A stretch of 64,000 nucleotides of DNA, from assembly GCA_965112155.1 (NCBI GenBank), contig OZ218103.1; one strand, written 5' to 3'. This document shows, piece after piece, positions 1 through 12,365 of this stretch. The notes under the pieces are model-generated. The model worked only from the letters and a program-made list of their open reading frames with translations. It was not told the origin of the DNA and ran no database searches. A program made the translations under genes and the position numbers. The stretch's first letter is position 1. Each line of letters starts with the position of its first letter. This DNA is from Podarcis liolepis. Its lineage: Eukaryota.

Positions 1-2459
1 GGTTGGAGCTTGTTTGCAAGGACAGACTCCCTTGATTAGACCCTGGCCAGCAAAGGGACTGACTGCTGCCCAGGGCAGCACTTGCCCTGCTCCAGACACC
101 GGCAACCCATGCTACGTCCTTGGGTGGGACCTCCCGTTCATGCTGCCAAGTGGGTGATGAAACGTCTGCCCCAAAGTCCCCCTCTGATGGCGACGCTGAA
201 AGGAATGAGGAGCTGCCACACCGGGCAGGATCTGTCCAATAATGCCATGTCCCCCAAGTGGTCATTGCAACCATGGAATGCTTCAGAGGAGCACTGAACT
301 AGGTGAGCAGGCAGCAGACCACACACTAGATGTTCCCTTGCTTCAGCTATTGTGCCTGTATGGGTGTAGCAGAGCTATGCTGAATACAGATGACTTTGCT
401 TGCATTATTTGGGATCAAGTCAAAACTATTATCACCAGCCAGGTGCTTTTTTAACTTCAATCCCAGTGCTATGTTTCAAGCCCATTTGTTGAGTTGGTGT
501 GCAGGGGGGAGGTGTTTTCTGGGTTGCAACACAGTCCTTGAAGTTTCTATGCAACTCAGGAGGGTAAGTCGTGCGCTCTTATGGCTCTTGATATGGATTT
601 GAGGCACATGGAAATCCCATGTGTGGGGGCACAGAAGAATTCTTGGGGTCAAATGGATAAGGAAATCTGTTTAGGAAAACTGAATGTTTTACTTCTGAAC
701 CAGATTCATTGGTATAATGGTTGTGGCATATCCATTCCTTGGTCAGGATTTCCAGAATGCCCTGGACTAAGCATAGGCTAGTCTATCACAGGACTTAAAC
801 TAGATTGGCAGGACAAAGGGAATTCTGGAAGGAAGAACTTCTAGGGTGCTTCCGGACAACCTGTTTATTGAGCATTCATCTTGATTTGCATGCAGAGAGA
901 CAAACAAAGAGTTGTCCCACACTGTGTTTTCTGTCCATCACTTTCCTTGACACTTATACTGTAAACCGCCCTGTAGCCCTTAGATAAAGGGTGGTATATA
1001 AAATTAATATATCATCATCACAAGACGTCTAAACTTTTGCAAGACCACCCTATCACCTATACTTGTGCAACCCGAATTTACTGCAACGCGATCGAAGCAC
1101 ACCCCAAAATAGGAAGGAAGAAACTTCAGGATAAAACTATATCTCCAAAGCTTAGTCTGTATTGAGATTCTTATTTCTGAGTGTCCCAGGACTCAACAAT
1201 ACAAAGATTAGTTCTCATATTAGTTGTCTTCTGTCTACAGAATTCCTTATTTTTATTTTCTCCTGCTCATAATGACCAGCCCCACTGGCTCACTCTGCTT
1301 GATGGAGGTTTGTGCTGAGATTTTATCAGCTGACTTAAGATTCCCACCACATACTTTCCAACTGCAGATGTTTTAAGAGTGCTAAATTATTATTGTGGGG
1401 GCCTGATCCATAACTTGAAAGGGTTGACTTGTTTTCACTGGCTTTAGAGAGGCTGCATTGACTGAAACAAATGTAATTAATCATAAGTAGATTGTGCATC
1501 GGTCTGTATGTGGACCCACTGTTGGCATGAGCTTCATTTATACCTAATTCCACAGCATATTCTCAAATACCGCCCACTGGCCTAGTAAGAGCACTTGGCT
1601 TTCTTTTTCTCCTCCTGTTATCTAACAACTTCAAGAGTGGCAGATATAGCTCATTTTGAACTTCTGAAAATTATATTATTCGGGAGTTAATTTTATGACA
1701 CATCAAAATTAAGATGTGTGGCATTTAATATATAAATATGAGTAAGCTGGGTGGTACGGCTGTTTTGAAATGAATAACATGGGTAGAGCATGTGAGGCTC
1801 TGTGTTATTTTATTGTTTTCTGTGGATGTATTTGTCAAATAAGGGAAAAAAATCAATAAAATGATGTTAAAAAATACCCAACATGTTTTTGTGGGGTTGT
1901 ACAACCCCAGAGATTTGGCTTTCACTAACCATTTGATCACTAGCATGCTATGTAGACCTGCTCTTTGCATGTCATGTAAATGGTAGTCTGCTTATTTTGA
2001 TCTAACAGTTCACAACTGTAGAGCAAGTATATGTGGAATGGGGTGGACCAGCTAGCAGGTTGGCTTCTTGCTCCCTGAGAGGGCAAATGTCCCAAGAAGG
2101 ACAGTACTGAAGATGCAACTTATGACAGATTCAGAGTAGGTCAGCCTTCATGGGAACCTGAGAAATTTGGTCCCCCATCCCTAACTGTACTCAGGTATGC
2201 CATGCAATCAAGGCACATCACTATAATATTAATTTTATTATTTATACTATGCCCATCTTGCTGGGTTTCCCCAGCCACTCTGGGCAGCTCCCAGCACATA
2301 TGAAAATATAATAAATCACCAAACATTAACAACTTCCTGATAACAGGGCTGCCTTCAGATGTCTTCTAAAAGTTGTTTAGTTCTTTATCTCATTGGCATC
2401 TGATGGGATGCTTTCCACAGGGAGGGCTATGAACCCCACAAAGGAAGTCCGTAACTCAA

Positions 2460-2822
2460 ACCATTTCTGCACTATATGTTTGATTCTATACTATTCGAGT
2501 TGATGATTCAAAGCACTACTATGCCACTTTAAAGGTCATGGCTTCCCCCGAAGAATCCTGGGAATGGACTTTTGTAAAGAGTGCTGAGCATTGTTAGAAG
2601 GCCCCTTATTCCACTTGCAGAGGTACAATACCCAGTGTGGTTTAATAATAAGTCTCTCTTCCCAGGGAACTCTGGGAATTGTAGCTCTGTGTGGGGAATA
2701 GAGGTCTTCTAACAAGTCTCCATGCCCTTAAACTACAGTTCCCAGGATTCTTTGGGGAGGGGAGCCGTGACTGATTAATGTGGCATAACAGGGCTTTACT
2801 ATTCATGGTACAGATGTGGCCT
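2460..2822. mobile_element. Palindromic MITE, same family as 12075-12365
   Basis: ATGCCACTTT..CATGGCTTCCCCCGAAGAATCCTGGGAA ... ACTACAGTTCCCAGGATTCTTTGGGGAGG..AGCCGTGA..GTGGCAT. Confidence 0.65.
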
Positions 2823-3988
2823 CAGGTGGCATGGGATTATATCCCTCTGTCCCCAGGTGTACATGGTGTACACACTTATTGCTCACAAGGGTGAGGCAGA
2901 AAGGGTGCTATGCACATAAAAGGAGCATTTTGCATAGACAGCTGACCTTGCAAAACAGATAGAAACCTATGCTAATACTCCTCTGCCTAGAACCCCAACA
3001 GAGACGTCGCCTTGGAATTCCAAACAGAGACAGCCAACTCCACTCAACAGCTGGGGTAGCCAGGTCAGAGTTCTGCATGTAGGTAAGCAGGGAAATGCTG
3101 TGATAATGTACTAACTGCAACAGCAGCAGCCTCCAATATCTCCCCTCATCCCGTTTGCCATGTGCGAAGACTGCATCTCATCCAAAGCCTCTTGCTCTAA
3201 CCCTCCAGTTGCTGATCTCTGCTTGTTGCTTGCTGATTCCATGTCTCCTCTTGCTCTCCATAGGCATAGTGGATGGGACTGCCCCATCCCATGCAGGCTG
3301 TGAAGGAAGTCCAACAGCACCCGTCAATATACTCACACCAGACAGGCTCCTGTGCCCTGGCAAGCTCCATGGCTGCTGGTCAGCCAACAGGTGATGCTAT
3401 CTGTAGTATGGACACCAAGATGTGGGGGACACTTTGTCTGCTGTTCTGCAACTGGCCTCAGCACAAGAACCCTGCTGGAGCATCTGACCATCAAGGCCAG
3501 ACATCTGTCTTTACCTTTCAAAATCTGCCCCATCCCTGACTGTGCAATAAACACCACTACCATGTTGTGTGTGTTTTCCCTGTGTTTGCTAGAGGTTGGG
3601 GGGGGCAGGGGCCTTGCAGACTCCCCCTCTCTTGCATGCAGCTATCTAGTTTGCAGCATGAGAAGGGGCAACTTAGCCAATCTGTGGGTGGGTGCGAGAA
3701 GTGGGGCAGCTTAATACTGACAAGGGAGAAGAGCACATGGTGGCAGCCAGATAACCAGCCAAGCAGGACAGCCATGATCTGGTGCACCCATCAATGTCCA
3801 AGGGGGAAGTTCCACCCCCCACCCATCTTGTCTCACCTGCACAGGACGTCTGTGCCAGCCCCATCAACCTTGAAGAACATGTTGTGGAAAGAAAGCACAA
3901 TACACCACTAGCAGGCATTCTGCTGTAGAACAGCTGCAGGAACCAGCCCTCCCAGCTGTCCTGGGCTTGTGGTGGAAGCAAAAGACAG

Positions 3989-4009
3989 GTCAGGACCCTG
4001 GACAGCTCC
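3989..4009 (+). promoter_or_regulatory. RE1/NRSE (REST binding site) upstream of the GPR61 CDS
   Basis: GTCAGGACCCTGGACAGCTCC vs consensus NTCAGCACCNNGGACAGCNCC; one core mismatch, canonical 2-bp spacer. Confidence 0.6.
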
Positions 4010-4093
4010 CAGCGGACCTTGCTAGTTGACAATATTTGTTGGATCCACACCATATGTTTAAAGCACATTGCTCTCTCCCCCCAACACCAAAAT

Positions 4094-4134
<41 letters not shown>
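4094..4134. repeat. (AATC)n microsatellite
   Basis: Direct reading. Confidence 0.95.
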
Positions 4135-4135
<1 letters not shown>

Positions 4136-5411
4136 GGGAACTGTAGTTTACTCAGGTCAGGGTACTGGGAGCTATAGGACTGTGATGGGCAAACTATAGT
4201 TCCCAGGGTTCTTTGGGGAAGCAATGCGCTTCAAATGTGCTTTAGATATATCGTGTGCTTGTGAAGTTAGCCTCAGTCAAGAGCTGGGACCTTGAGGCAT
4301 TATGTTTTCTGACAAGGCCTACACTATAGTTCCTTGTGGAGCTGGTTGTCCAATTCCACAGGTGATGACTTCCATTCTGTGTAAACAAAGGAAGTGTTAT
4401 TGAGGGAGAAGGTGCATCCTCTGAGTCTGAGGAGGGCAGAAGAGTTGGGTCCTCTGGCCAGAAGAGCCAAGGGGGAGGTGCTCAGCCTTCCATGCACCTA
4501 TATTTTCTCATCATTTGTGTCTTCCTTAAGGTAATGTGGGAGAGCAGGTTTGGGGGCCGTGACATTGGCCTACCCATTTGATATGCCCCCTCTGGTCCAC
4601 ACCTGTGCATTGCTGAGCGCAGAAGATTTCTTGGCCTAGCAGAGGATCTGAGCCACAGTTAGTCTCCCCCAGACCTCAGAGGTTGCCTTTTGCACTGCCT
4701 GGGTATATTCGTGTTTATTGCTGCTTGGTTCTATGCCTTTATTCCACTACACACCTATGATTCTTTAATAGGGCATTTTTCATTCTATCTATTATAGGCA
4801 GAGGGATTGAACTCTGCTGCAAAGGAGCAGCCATGTCTGTATTTGCCTCCACTTTGTTTATAGAAACAAAATGGTATAGATATCCCAGACTTTCAGTTGA
4901 GGTCAAACTGTGGTTTTATTTCTGATCTCTTTCATAGTGGCACTGTTTTAGTAGTGTGGGGTAAGATCTGATGAGTGGAAATGACATGTTTATTGGTCAA
5001 AGAAAGTGAGATGTAAAAAGCACTGGAGCACTTCTAGAATGTCTCTGCTTTATTGCATTTTCCTTATGTATCTGGTTTTAAATGATCGCCGTTGTTTTGT
5101 GATTTATGGATTTGTGAGTCACTGTGAGACATTTTCTTCTGGAAACGGACAAATAAATGCAACATAAATAAAGGGGTGTTCAGGAGAGATGGCACAACAG
5201 CCGTGGGAGGGAAAGGCTGCTCTAATTTACAGACATTGAATGAATGCTCCCATCCCAGACCTGTAAAGCACGTGAGTGCTTATTTAGTAAAGTGTTTTTA
5301 AAAATGTCATGTGTAAGCTATCATAATTTGCATCATAGGCGTTATCCAATAGGCCAGCACATGGGTCATTTGAAACATGGTGGAAATCTCAGTACATCCC
5401 TTAATTAACTA

Positions 5412-5596
5412 CAGTGGTACCTCAGTTTACAAACTTAATCCATTCCAGAAGTCCCACTACCGGTGGCCTTCTACCGTTCGGCTTCCATTCGTAGACCAAG
5501 GTAAAGTTTGCAAACCGGGACACTGCTTCGGGTTTTGCGGAGTTCACAAATCAAATTGTTCGTAAACTGGTCTCTTCTTAAACCGAGGTACCACTG
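5412..5596. mobile_element. Tc1/mariner (pogo/Tigger-type) MITE
   Basis: TIRs CAGTGGTACCTC...GAGGTACCACTG flanked by TA. Confidence 0.85.
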
Positions 5597-6459
5597 TACT
5601 TTCCCCCCTTCTTCAATGCCAGCATCAGCACAAGAACTAGTGCTATAACATGAAAATCACAGGTGGCATGTGTGAGCGTGTGTGCTAGTCCAGGCTGCTA
5701 AGAAAGGCTCTTTTAAGTGTTTATAGTTTTTTCTCTTGTAAGGGGGAAATTAGAATGTTGCTCCAGCACTGTATTATGAAATCCATGGGATGTAGGTTAG
5801 AGCTCTGGTCAAAACAGCCTCTATCTGCATTGTCAAAAGAAGGAGAAAATCAATCTCAGGGCTGATATTTCTGCTTTCCCTCTACCTTTCTGTGAATTAT
5901 CTGAATGGAGCTCACAGTCTGAGAACGGCTGCAATAAGCACCTATAGGCCTTGCATAACCACTCTCAGTAATGGTGGTAAAACTACATTTTCTCAGTAGC
6001 AGCAAATTGCAGTTTGAGGTATAGTGCTGCAATAGAAAAGCAACTTGGTGAGGGAGACACCTGGATCCCTTATAACTGATGAGTAGAAATGGCATGTTCA
6101 TTGGTCAAAGAAAGTGAGCTGTAAAAAGCCCCCTAGGAAAGGGGTCTCATTACCTGCTCTGAGCTTAGATACCATCAGAACTAGGGTATTTCAGATGCAG
6201 TTAACAGCAGGGGTTGTAAGTGCTATTTCAATGCTAAGCCTTTGCAGTGCATACCTGCAGGATTACTCAATCCACACTGGTCTCTGAAAGCAAATAAGCT
6301 TCCTTGCACAGTACCCTGAAATGTGGGAGCAAAATAAAAAGGTCTTCTTTGTTGTTTAGGGATTTATCAAAGAACCACCATGTGAACGTAACAAGACCTA
6401 TCTCAGGACTTTCTCTTTGGCTGACAAAGCCATTAATCTGTAATTTTGTTTCTTCGTAG

Positions 6460-6818
6460 GTGCTGACATTTGCCTGGGGGAAAGGCTGTCATGAGATGCA
6501 GCAAAATGAGACCCTTCTCCATCACGAGAACCAATCCCATGGTCCTCTTGCATTGCCATGATATTCTATCTAAAGAAGCACAATCAAAATGAGGTGCAAA
6601 ATGGCTGTGTTTAATTAAGAACATAATGGCGTACAGAACTGAATGGCAACGGGAGACATAAGAGCCCTTTTCCTGCTCTGCTCTTAACACGGGCAAGAAT
6701 GTGATTCCAGGGTTTGGGGTTGCTCCTTCTCCACGGCCACTGTCGATTCTCTCTGATCACTCCCTGGGGACCCAGAATAGGATGGGTGATGGACTTGTGA
6801 AGGGAGGTGCTATTCTCC
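6460..6818 (+). other. GPR61: Probable 5'UTR part of the GPR61 coding exon
   Basis: Polypyrimidine tract and acceptor taattttgtttcttcgtAG (AG 6458-6459); GPR61 typically has a non-coding first exon. Confidence 0.55.
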
Positions 6819-8183
6819 ATGGAGCCTTCTCTCCCCACCCAGTGGGTGCGGAATTCCGCCAGGATCAGGAGGCTGCTGCAGACAAGCCAGAGCTCTCTGC
6901 TCCTCAATTCCAGCCTCGACACCAAGACCAGAGATGTGGCCTCTGAGTCGGTGGGCCTCTTCTTCATGCTCTTGATTGACTTGACAGCCATTGTAGGCAA
7001 TGTAGCCATTATGACGGTCATCATCAAGACACCTGCACTGAGGAAGTTCGTCTTTGTGTTCCACCTCTGCCTGGTGGATCTCCTGGCTGCCGTCACCCTG
7101 ATGCCTCTGGCTATGCTGTCCAGCTCAGCCTTCTTTGACGGCACGGCCTTTGGGGATGCCATATGCCACATCTACCTGTTCTTGAGCGTCTGCTTCATCA
7201 CCATGTGCATCCTCTCCATCTCGGCCATTAACGTTGAGCGCTACTACTATGTGGTGCACCCCATGCGCTACGAGGTGAAAATGACTGTGGGCCTGGTTGT
7301 CTGTGTCCTGGTTGGCGTCTGGATCAAGGCTGTGGTCATGTCCATCATCCCTATCCTGGGCTGGCTCTCCCAAGACCGTGCCAGTAGTTCAGCAGCCTAT
7401 GGGGGACAGAGCTGCACCTTGCAGTGGAGTCGGAGTGCCTACTGCAAATTCTTTGTGGCTTTCTTTGCTCTTTTCTACTTCCTCCTTCCTGTCCTCATCA
7501 TTCTGGTTGTCTACTGCAGCATGTTCAAAGTGGCCAGAGTGGCTGCCATGCACCATGGCCCACTCCCCACTTGGATGGAGACCCCACGGCAGCGGTCAGA
7601 ATCCCTTAGCAGTAGATCCACTATGGTGACTAGTTCAGGAGCCCCTCGGACTACCCCTCAGAGGACGTTTGGGGGTGGGAAAGCTGTCATCATCCTCCTG
7701 GCCGTGGGGGGCCAATTCCTCTTCTGTTGGCTGCCATACTTCTCCTTTCATCTCTACTCTGTGCTGAGCTCCCATTTTCCCGGCCGGCAGACAGAGAATG
7801 TGGTTACTTGGATTGGCTACTTTTCCTTCACCTCCAATCCTTTCTTTTATGGGTGCCTCAATCGACAGATCCGAGGAGAGCTGAGCAAGCACCTCACCTG
7901 TTTCTTCAAGCAGCCACCAGAGGAAGACCTCAGGTTACCCAGCAGAGAAGGCTCCATTGAGGAGAACTTCTTGCAGTTCCTACAAGGGACAGGTTGCAAT
8001 GCTGAGGCCAGAAACACTCTTACCCATCCTAGCCCTAAAAGGGACCAGCCGACCATTGATTTCCGGATCCCAGGTCAAATTGCAGAAGAGACCTCGGAGT
8101 TCCTGGACCAGCACATGAACAGTGACATCACTGTATCCGACAGCTACATCAGGGCTGCACGTTCACCCAAACCTGAGTTGTAG
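6819..8183 (+). CDS. GPR61: Orphan class A GPCR GPR61, single coding exon, 454 aa (start taken as ATG 6819, not the GTG at 6807)
   Basis: 7TM ORF with RDVASESV-LFFML, ERY (DRY variant), CWLP, NPFFY and C-tail LRLPSREGSIEENFLQFLQG...DFRIPGQIAEETSEFL as in GPR61; synteny with GNAI3/GNAT2. Confidence 0.96.
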   Translation: MEPSLPTQWVRNSARIRRLLQTSQSSLLLNSSLDTKTRDVASESVGLFFMLLIDLTAIVGNVAIMTVIIKTPALRKFVFVFHLCLVDLLAAVTLMPLAMLSSSAFFDGTAFGDAICHIYLFLSVCFITMCILSISAINVERYYYVVHPMRYEVKMTVGLVVCVLVGVWIKAVVMSIIPILGWLSQDRASSSAAYGGQSCTLQWSRSAYCKFFVAFFALFYFLLPVLIILVVYCSMFKVARVAAMHHGPLPTWMETPRQRSESLSSRSTMVTSSGAPRTTPQRTFGGGKAVIILLAVGGQFLFCWLPYFSFHLYSVLSSHFPGRQTENVVTWIGYFSFTSNPFFYGCLNRQIRGELSKHLTCFFKQPPEEDLRLPSREGSIEENFLQFLQGTGCNAEARNTLTHPSPKRDQPTIDFRIPGQIAEETSEFLDQHMNSDITVSDSYIRAARSPKPEL

Positions 8184-8276
8184 CTCTTCTTGCACTTGAC
8201 AATCTAAGTTTCATTGGTGTGTGAAATAATGCAGAACATAACAGCTGATGAAGGGCGGGGGAGATTGGGAGCACTT

Positions 8277-8282
8277 AATAAA
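8277..8282 (+). terminator. Candidate poly(A) signal of GPR61
   Basis: AATAAA ~95 nt after the stop codon. Confidence 0.45.
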
Positions 8283-9922
8283 TACAACAATGGCATTTGG
8301 GAACTTATCGCTCCAAGAAACAGCTCCTACTAGTATCTCAGTCATTTCATTCCGTTTGATGGTAACTGCTCTCCCCACTTGCATTTCAACTCATTCTTAA
8401 GGGTTGGAGTCAGAAGCAGCCTCATGTTTCAAGACTTCCAGAAGTTTCCATCTGTCTCAGGGATGGAGAACCTGAAATCCTCCAGATGTTACTGGACTAC
8501 AACTCTCAGCATCTCTGACCACTGGCCATGCTGGCAAGGGCTGATGGGAGTTGGAGTCCAGCAGCATCCATCCATACCCCCTGCCAGTTTACAAAAGTTT
8601 ATTTGATAGCTGCCACCTAGCAATGTTATCATTTGCTATGAACTTCTGTGGGGGGGGAAGTTAGCCCTGTTGAAGAACAAAGGGCCTGCAAGCAGGGCTC
8701 CCTCCCTTAATTTATCTTCTGTTAAGCTGGTGTCCCTTAACTCAAAGGACGGAGTGAGGTTGCCCATTGTTCTTGGGGCCCCACATGACTGAGCCATGCA
8801 GGGGTGGATGGAGGCAGCTGTGGCAGAACAACTGACCTTTTTGATGGAGGAAGATTTTAAAGAACCATTTTGGTGTCCTACTAGGAACGTTTCGCTCTGA
8901 AGGACTGTATTTCCTTTCTGTTGCCGAAGTCAGTGAAGCACGGGGAACGTGCTCTATGGCAGAAAGTGAACCAGACACTGGCAATCTCAAGGTCAGCGAC
9001 AGGAGCCAGGCTTTGCATCACTTGACCTGGGTCTTCAGTCATCCAAAGCCACTGACTTCTGTAAGGGAAAGTAAATGCCACCTGTCTTACTGAGTTTGCT
9101 AGTTTGAAAATGTAAGGGCTCTTGCAAAAGATGGCTGTGGCGCGGAGGCAAAGGGTCTTGATGCATGGAGCACGCAGAGGCCCACTGCCTCCTCTCCCTA
9201 GCAGCCTGTCCCACTAGACTCCCCATGTGTTTCTGTAGGGGGTGGGGTGGGAAGGCATGTCATGCTGGTGGACCAATTGGGCTGTCATGTACATCTGCCT
9301 CCTCCATCTTGGATCCTCAAATTCTTGTCGGACTACTATTCCCATCACCTCTGACCTTGCTCCCTGTTGGCTGCGGATGATGGGTGTTGCAGTTCAACAA
9401 CATCTAGGAACTCAAGCTTAGAAAAGGTTTTATTGATGATGGTGATGGCCCAGTACATGTAATATTTCCCAGAATCAGCAGGGAGCCTGATCATTAACTG
9501 CCTTCTTCCTCCCACACAGTCTACCAAGCAATTGATTAAAAGTTGGGCCTAGGGGTCTTGCTATCTCCAGACTGCAAGGTGAATTGAGTGTCATCATCCC
9601 TCAGCTCCCTATCTATTCCCTACCTCCTGTCCCATCCTTCACACCTCCTGATTAAGATTGATGTTCAGCTTGGGATGCTTCCAGATGCAGAGATTTGTGG
9701 GTGAGTGGCATGCTCACCGATGCCCTGCTGCCCATCATCAGTTTGGTTCTTTACAGATGTTTTGGACCACAACTCCAATCAGCCCCAGCCAATACGATTG
9801 TGGTGGCTGGAGCTGATGGGGCAGGGGTTGTAGTCCAAAGCATCTGAACGAAATCAGGCCAGCAGAAGCTGGACTAGCAATTGGCAAAGCAGCCACAGTT
9901 CCAAGACACTGGCAGTTTTAAA

Positions 9923-9924
<2 letters not shown>

Positions 9925-9965
<41 letters not shown>
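9925..9965. repeat. (AC)n microsatellite
   Basis: Direct reading. Confidence 0.95.
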
Positions 9966-9967
<2 letters not shown>

Positions 9968-12074
9968 CACAATGCTTCCTTCTTAGAGGCATTACGTCTG
10001 ATTTTGTACCACCAATTTTGTTAGAAGTGATCCTCCTAGCAATACAGTTCAAGAGCGGTCAAACTAGGTGTGATGCTGTCAGACTTGTTTGGAGGTGGCA
10101 TTGACAGAGGTACAACATCATTCCATCTCAGAATTGAATTGGAAAACACCTAATAAACACAGGCCTTTCCCCCGCATCCCTGCTCAAATTAAGCAATGAC
10201 TTAGAACAGCTTTCATCCTACTGCCCCCCTTTTTTTCAAGGAACTTGTTGCTCCCTCCAGCCTCCCTATTGAGGGGGCCTTGGTGAAAAGAAAGGTGTGT
10301 TTGTTAAACCCTGCCCACCCACCCACCACACTGCAAACTTTTTGTTTAATTCCCTAGTGAATTACTTCTAGTCCAGCTCTATTGGCTTCTGACCGCTGAT
10401 CAACAACAGTTTTCTACAATCTAGGCCTCTAAACATCATATTCTAAGGTGGACTAGATGGGGATAACCTTCTGGGCCACAAAAACACACAGATGCACAAA
10501 CACACTCCACAAGCACCCTTAAGCAAGCAGAAGCGCTGGCATCTCAGGGAGTGTGGAATGGGGATGACAACCGCACCCAAAGCTTGTGATGCCTTCAGCC
10601 ACGCCTGCCAAACCCAGTAGGCAATGTAAGGTCCTGTGATGGCGACCAGCGGGAGTATTTTGGTAGCCTAACCATCTCTGCATGAATGTGATTGTACTGT
10701 GAGATACGGCATCTTGCATTCTAGTAAAGAATCTGGTGTTGTTTCTTTTTCAGACTCCACAATCTCAGCTTTCAGTTTACATATATAGATATATAGATAT
10801 ACAGTCCTTACAGCTGTTGCATAGAAAACATGGGGGGTGGAATTCAAGGTTGCCTTATTGCAAACGTTCCATCTATGCAAGCATATCAGCTTGCTGGAAA
10901 GGAAATTTCCCTCCCCCCTCCTCCTGCATGTTCTTGGGGTTCTCTTGACTGCCCCCCAGGCTAATTGGAGGGGGGAGGAAAGGAGGGGACATTCCGTTGT
11001 GCAAGTGGAAGCCCTTCCCCAGGGCTGTCACAGATACTGTTTGTTTGATGAATGGTACCCTGAGATCTAAAGGCTCACAAACCTAAAGGGGAATGGACAA
11101 GGCAAGGATCAGGGGACTCTGCACATAGCCCATTTGTGACCTCCTTGGCTCACTTCTCCCTTCCATGTGCACATTTATGTCTCCCAGTGACACATGTGCA
11201 TTCTTCTTTCACGTCCTCTACCACAACACTTTCTCTTCAACAGTTCAGACAGGGCGTGGGTGGAGATCCAAATACCGCAATTAGAAAGCTGTGTGTGTGT
11301 TGTGTAAAGTTATGTCCATCTGTCCAATCTACAGAATTTTCTTAATGCGCAAATGTGATGGGTGGGAGGTAGGAAGAGGTGAACTTGCAAAATTTGGTCT
11401 ATCCCTATCCAGAATTTTCAACCTCTTGGCTAAGGTGAAGTCTTCTCATCATGGAGACTTTGGGGCATGTCATGCTGGTGGTCACCCCCACCCCACCCCC
11501 CAAAATCCTGGGAACTGTAGATTGCCCCACCAGAGCTACAATTCCGAGCATCCTATGATTTTTTTGTTTTGAGGCGGATCATGTGCTTCAAATATATACA
11601 ATGTATGCAGCTGATCAATTGCACAGAAACGGCTCTCCCTCTGGCCTGCACCAAAGGTGCCACCTGCCATCACGCTTTCCAATTGGTTGACCCCGCAAGA
11701 AAAGAAGATTTTATGTAGGACAGTTGAAACCTTGAGCCACAAATAAAGCGATTATTTATTATGAAATTTGCTCCCTGCCTGTGTGTGAGTAATGGGCTCT
11801 CGCCTTCTGAAACTTGAGCGAAGGGCTCCAGCTAGGAGAGCGGCTATCCTGATAACATCGTCCAGATCTAATGCTGCTCCCCCAGCAGTGTGACTTGAAG
11901 CTGGCGTTGAGCATTAGTTTCTTTTTGATCTGCAGCCTGTGGAGTCCTATTCTAGAGGAAATTATGTTCTCTCTCTCTCTCTCCATTGCACTTTCTCTCT
12001 GCAGTGTTTTGCAAGCTGCTGGGTCTACTGGGTACAGCCAGAGGGAAGCAGGGAGTCTTGAGACAGAGGAAGTC

Positions 12075-12365
12075 GGCACACCATACATTTCAAGCAATAT
12101 GCCACTTTAAACAGTTGTGGCTCCCCCCAAAGAATCTTGGGAACTGTAGTTATCCAGGATGCTCTAAGTGGTTAGGAGGCCCCCCTATGCCAATCACACT
12201 TGCTAGAGTTCCCAGTGAAGAGGGATCGATTGCTAAACCACTCTGATAACTGTAGCTCTGTGAAGGGAATAGGGGGTCTCCTAACAAACTACAGCTCCCA
12301 GAATCCTTTGGGGGAGGCCATGACTGTTTGAAGTGGCATGATGCTGCTTTAAATGCATGGTCTGA
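12075..12365. mobile_element. Palindromic MITE with GGGAACTGTAGT/ACTACAGYTCCCAG arms (superfamily uncertain)
   Basis: Long imperfect inverted repeat; related copies at ~2460-2822, 4136-4250, 11490-11550 and 17178-17360. Confidence 0.7.

Noticed and set aside
2900-3400. Precise non-coding exon 1 of GPR61
   Set aside because: Several possible donors (AG|GTAAGC 3083, AG|GTGATG 3391, AG|GTAATG 4531) cannot be distinguished without transcript data
4968-5021. Hammerhead ribozyme or C/D snoRNA (CTGATGA...GAAA in both copies of the 54-bp repeat)
   Set aside because: No plausible stem II closing pair or stem I pairing; no D box shared by both copies
6611-7171. 186-aa antisense ORF
   Set aside because: Shadow of the GPR61 codon structure on the opposite strand; no recognisable domain
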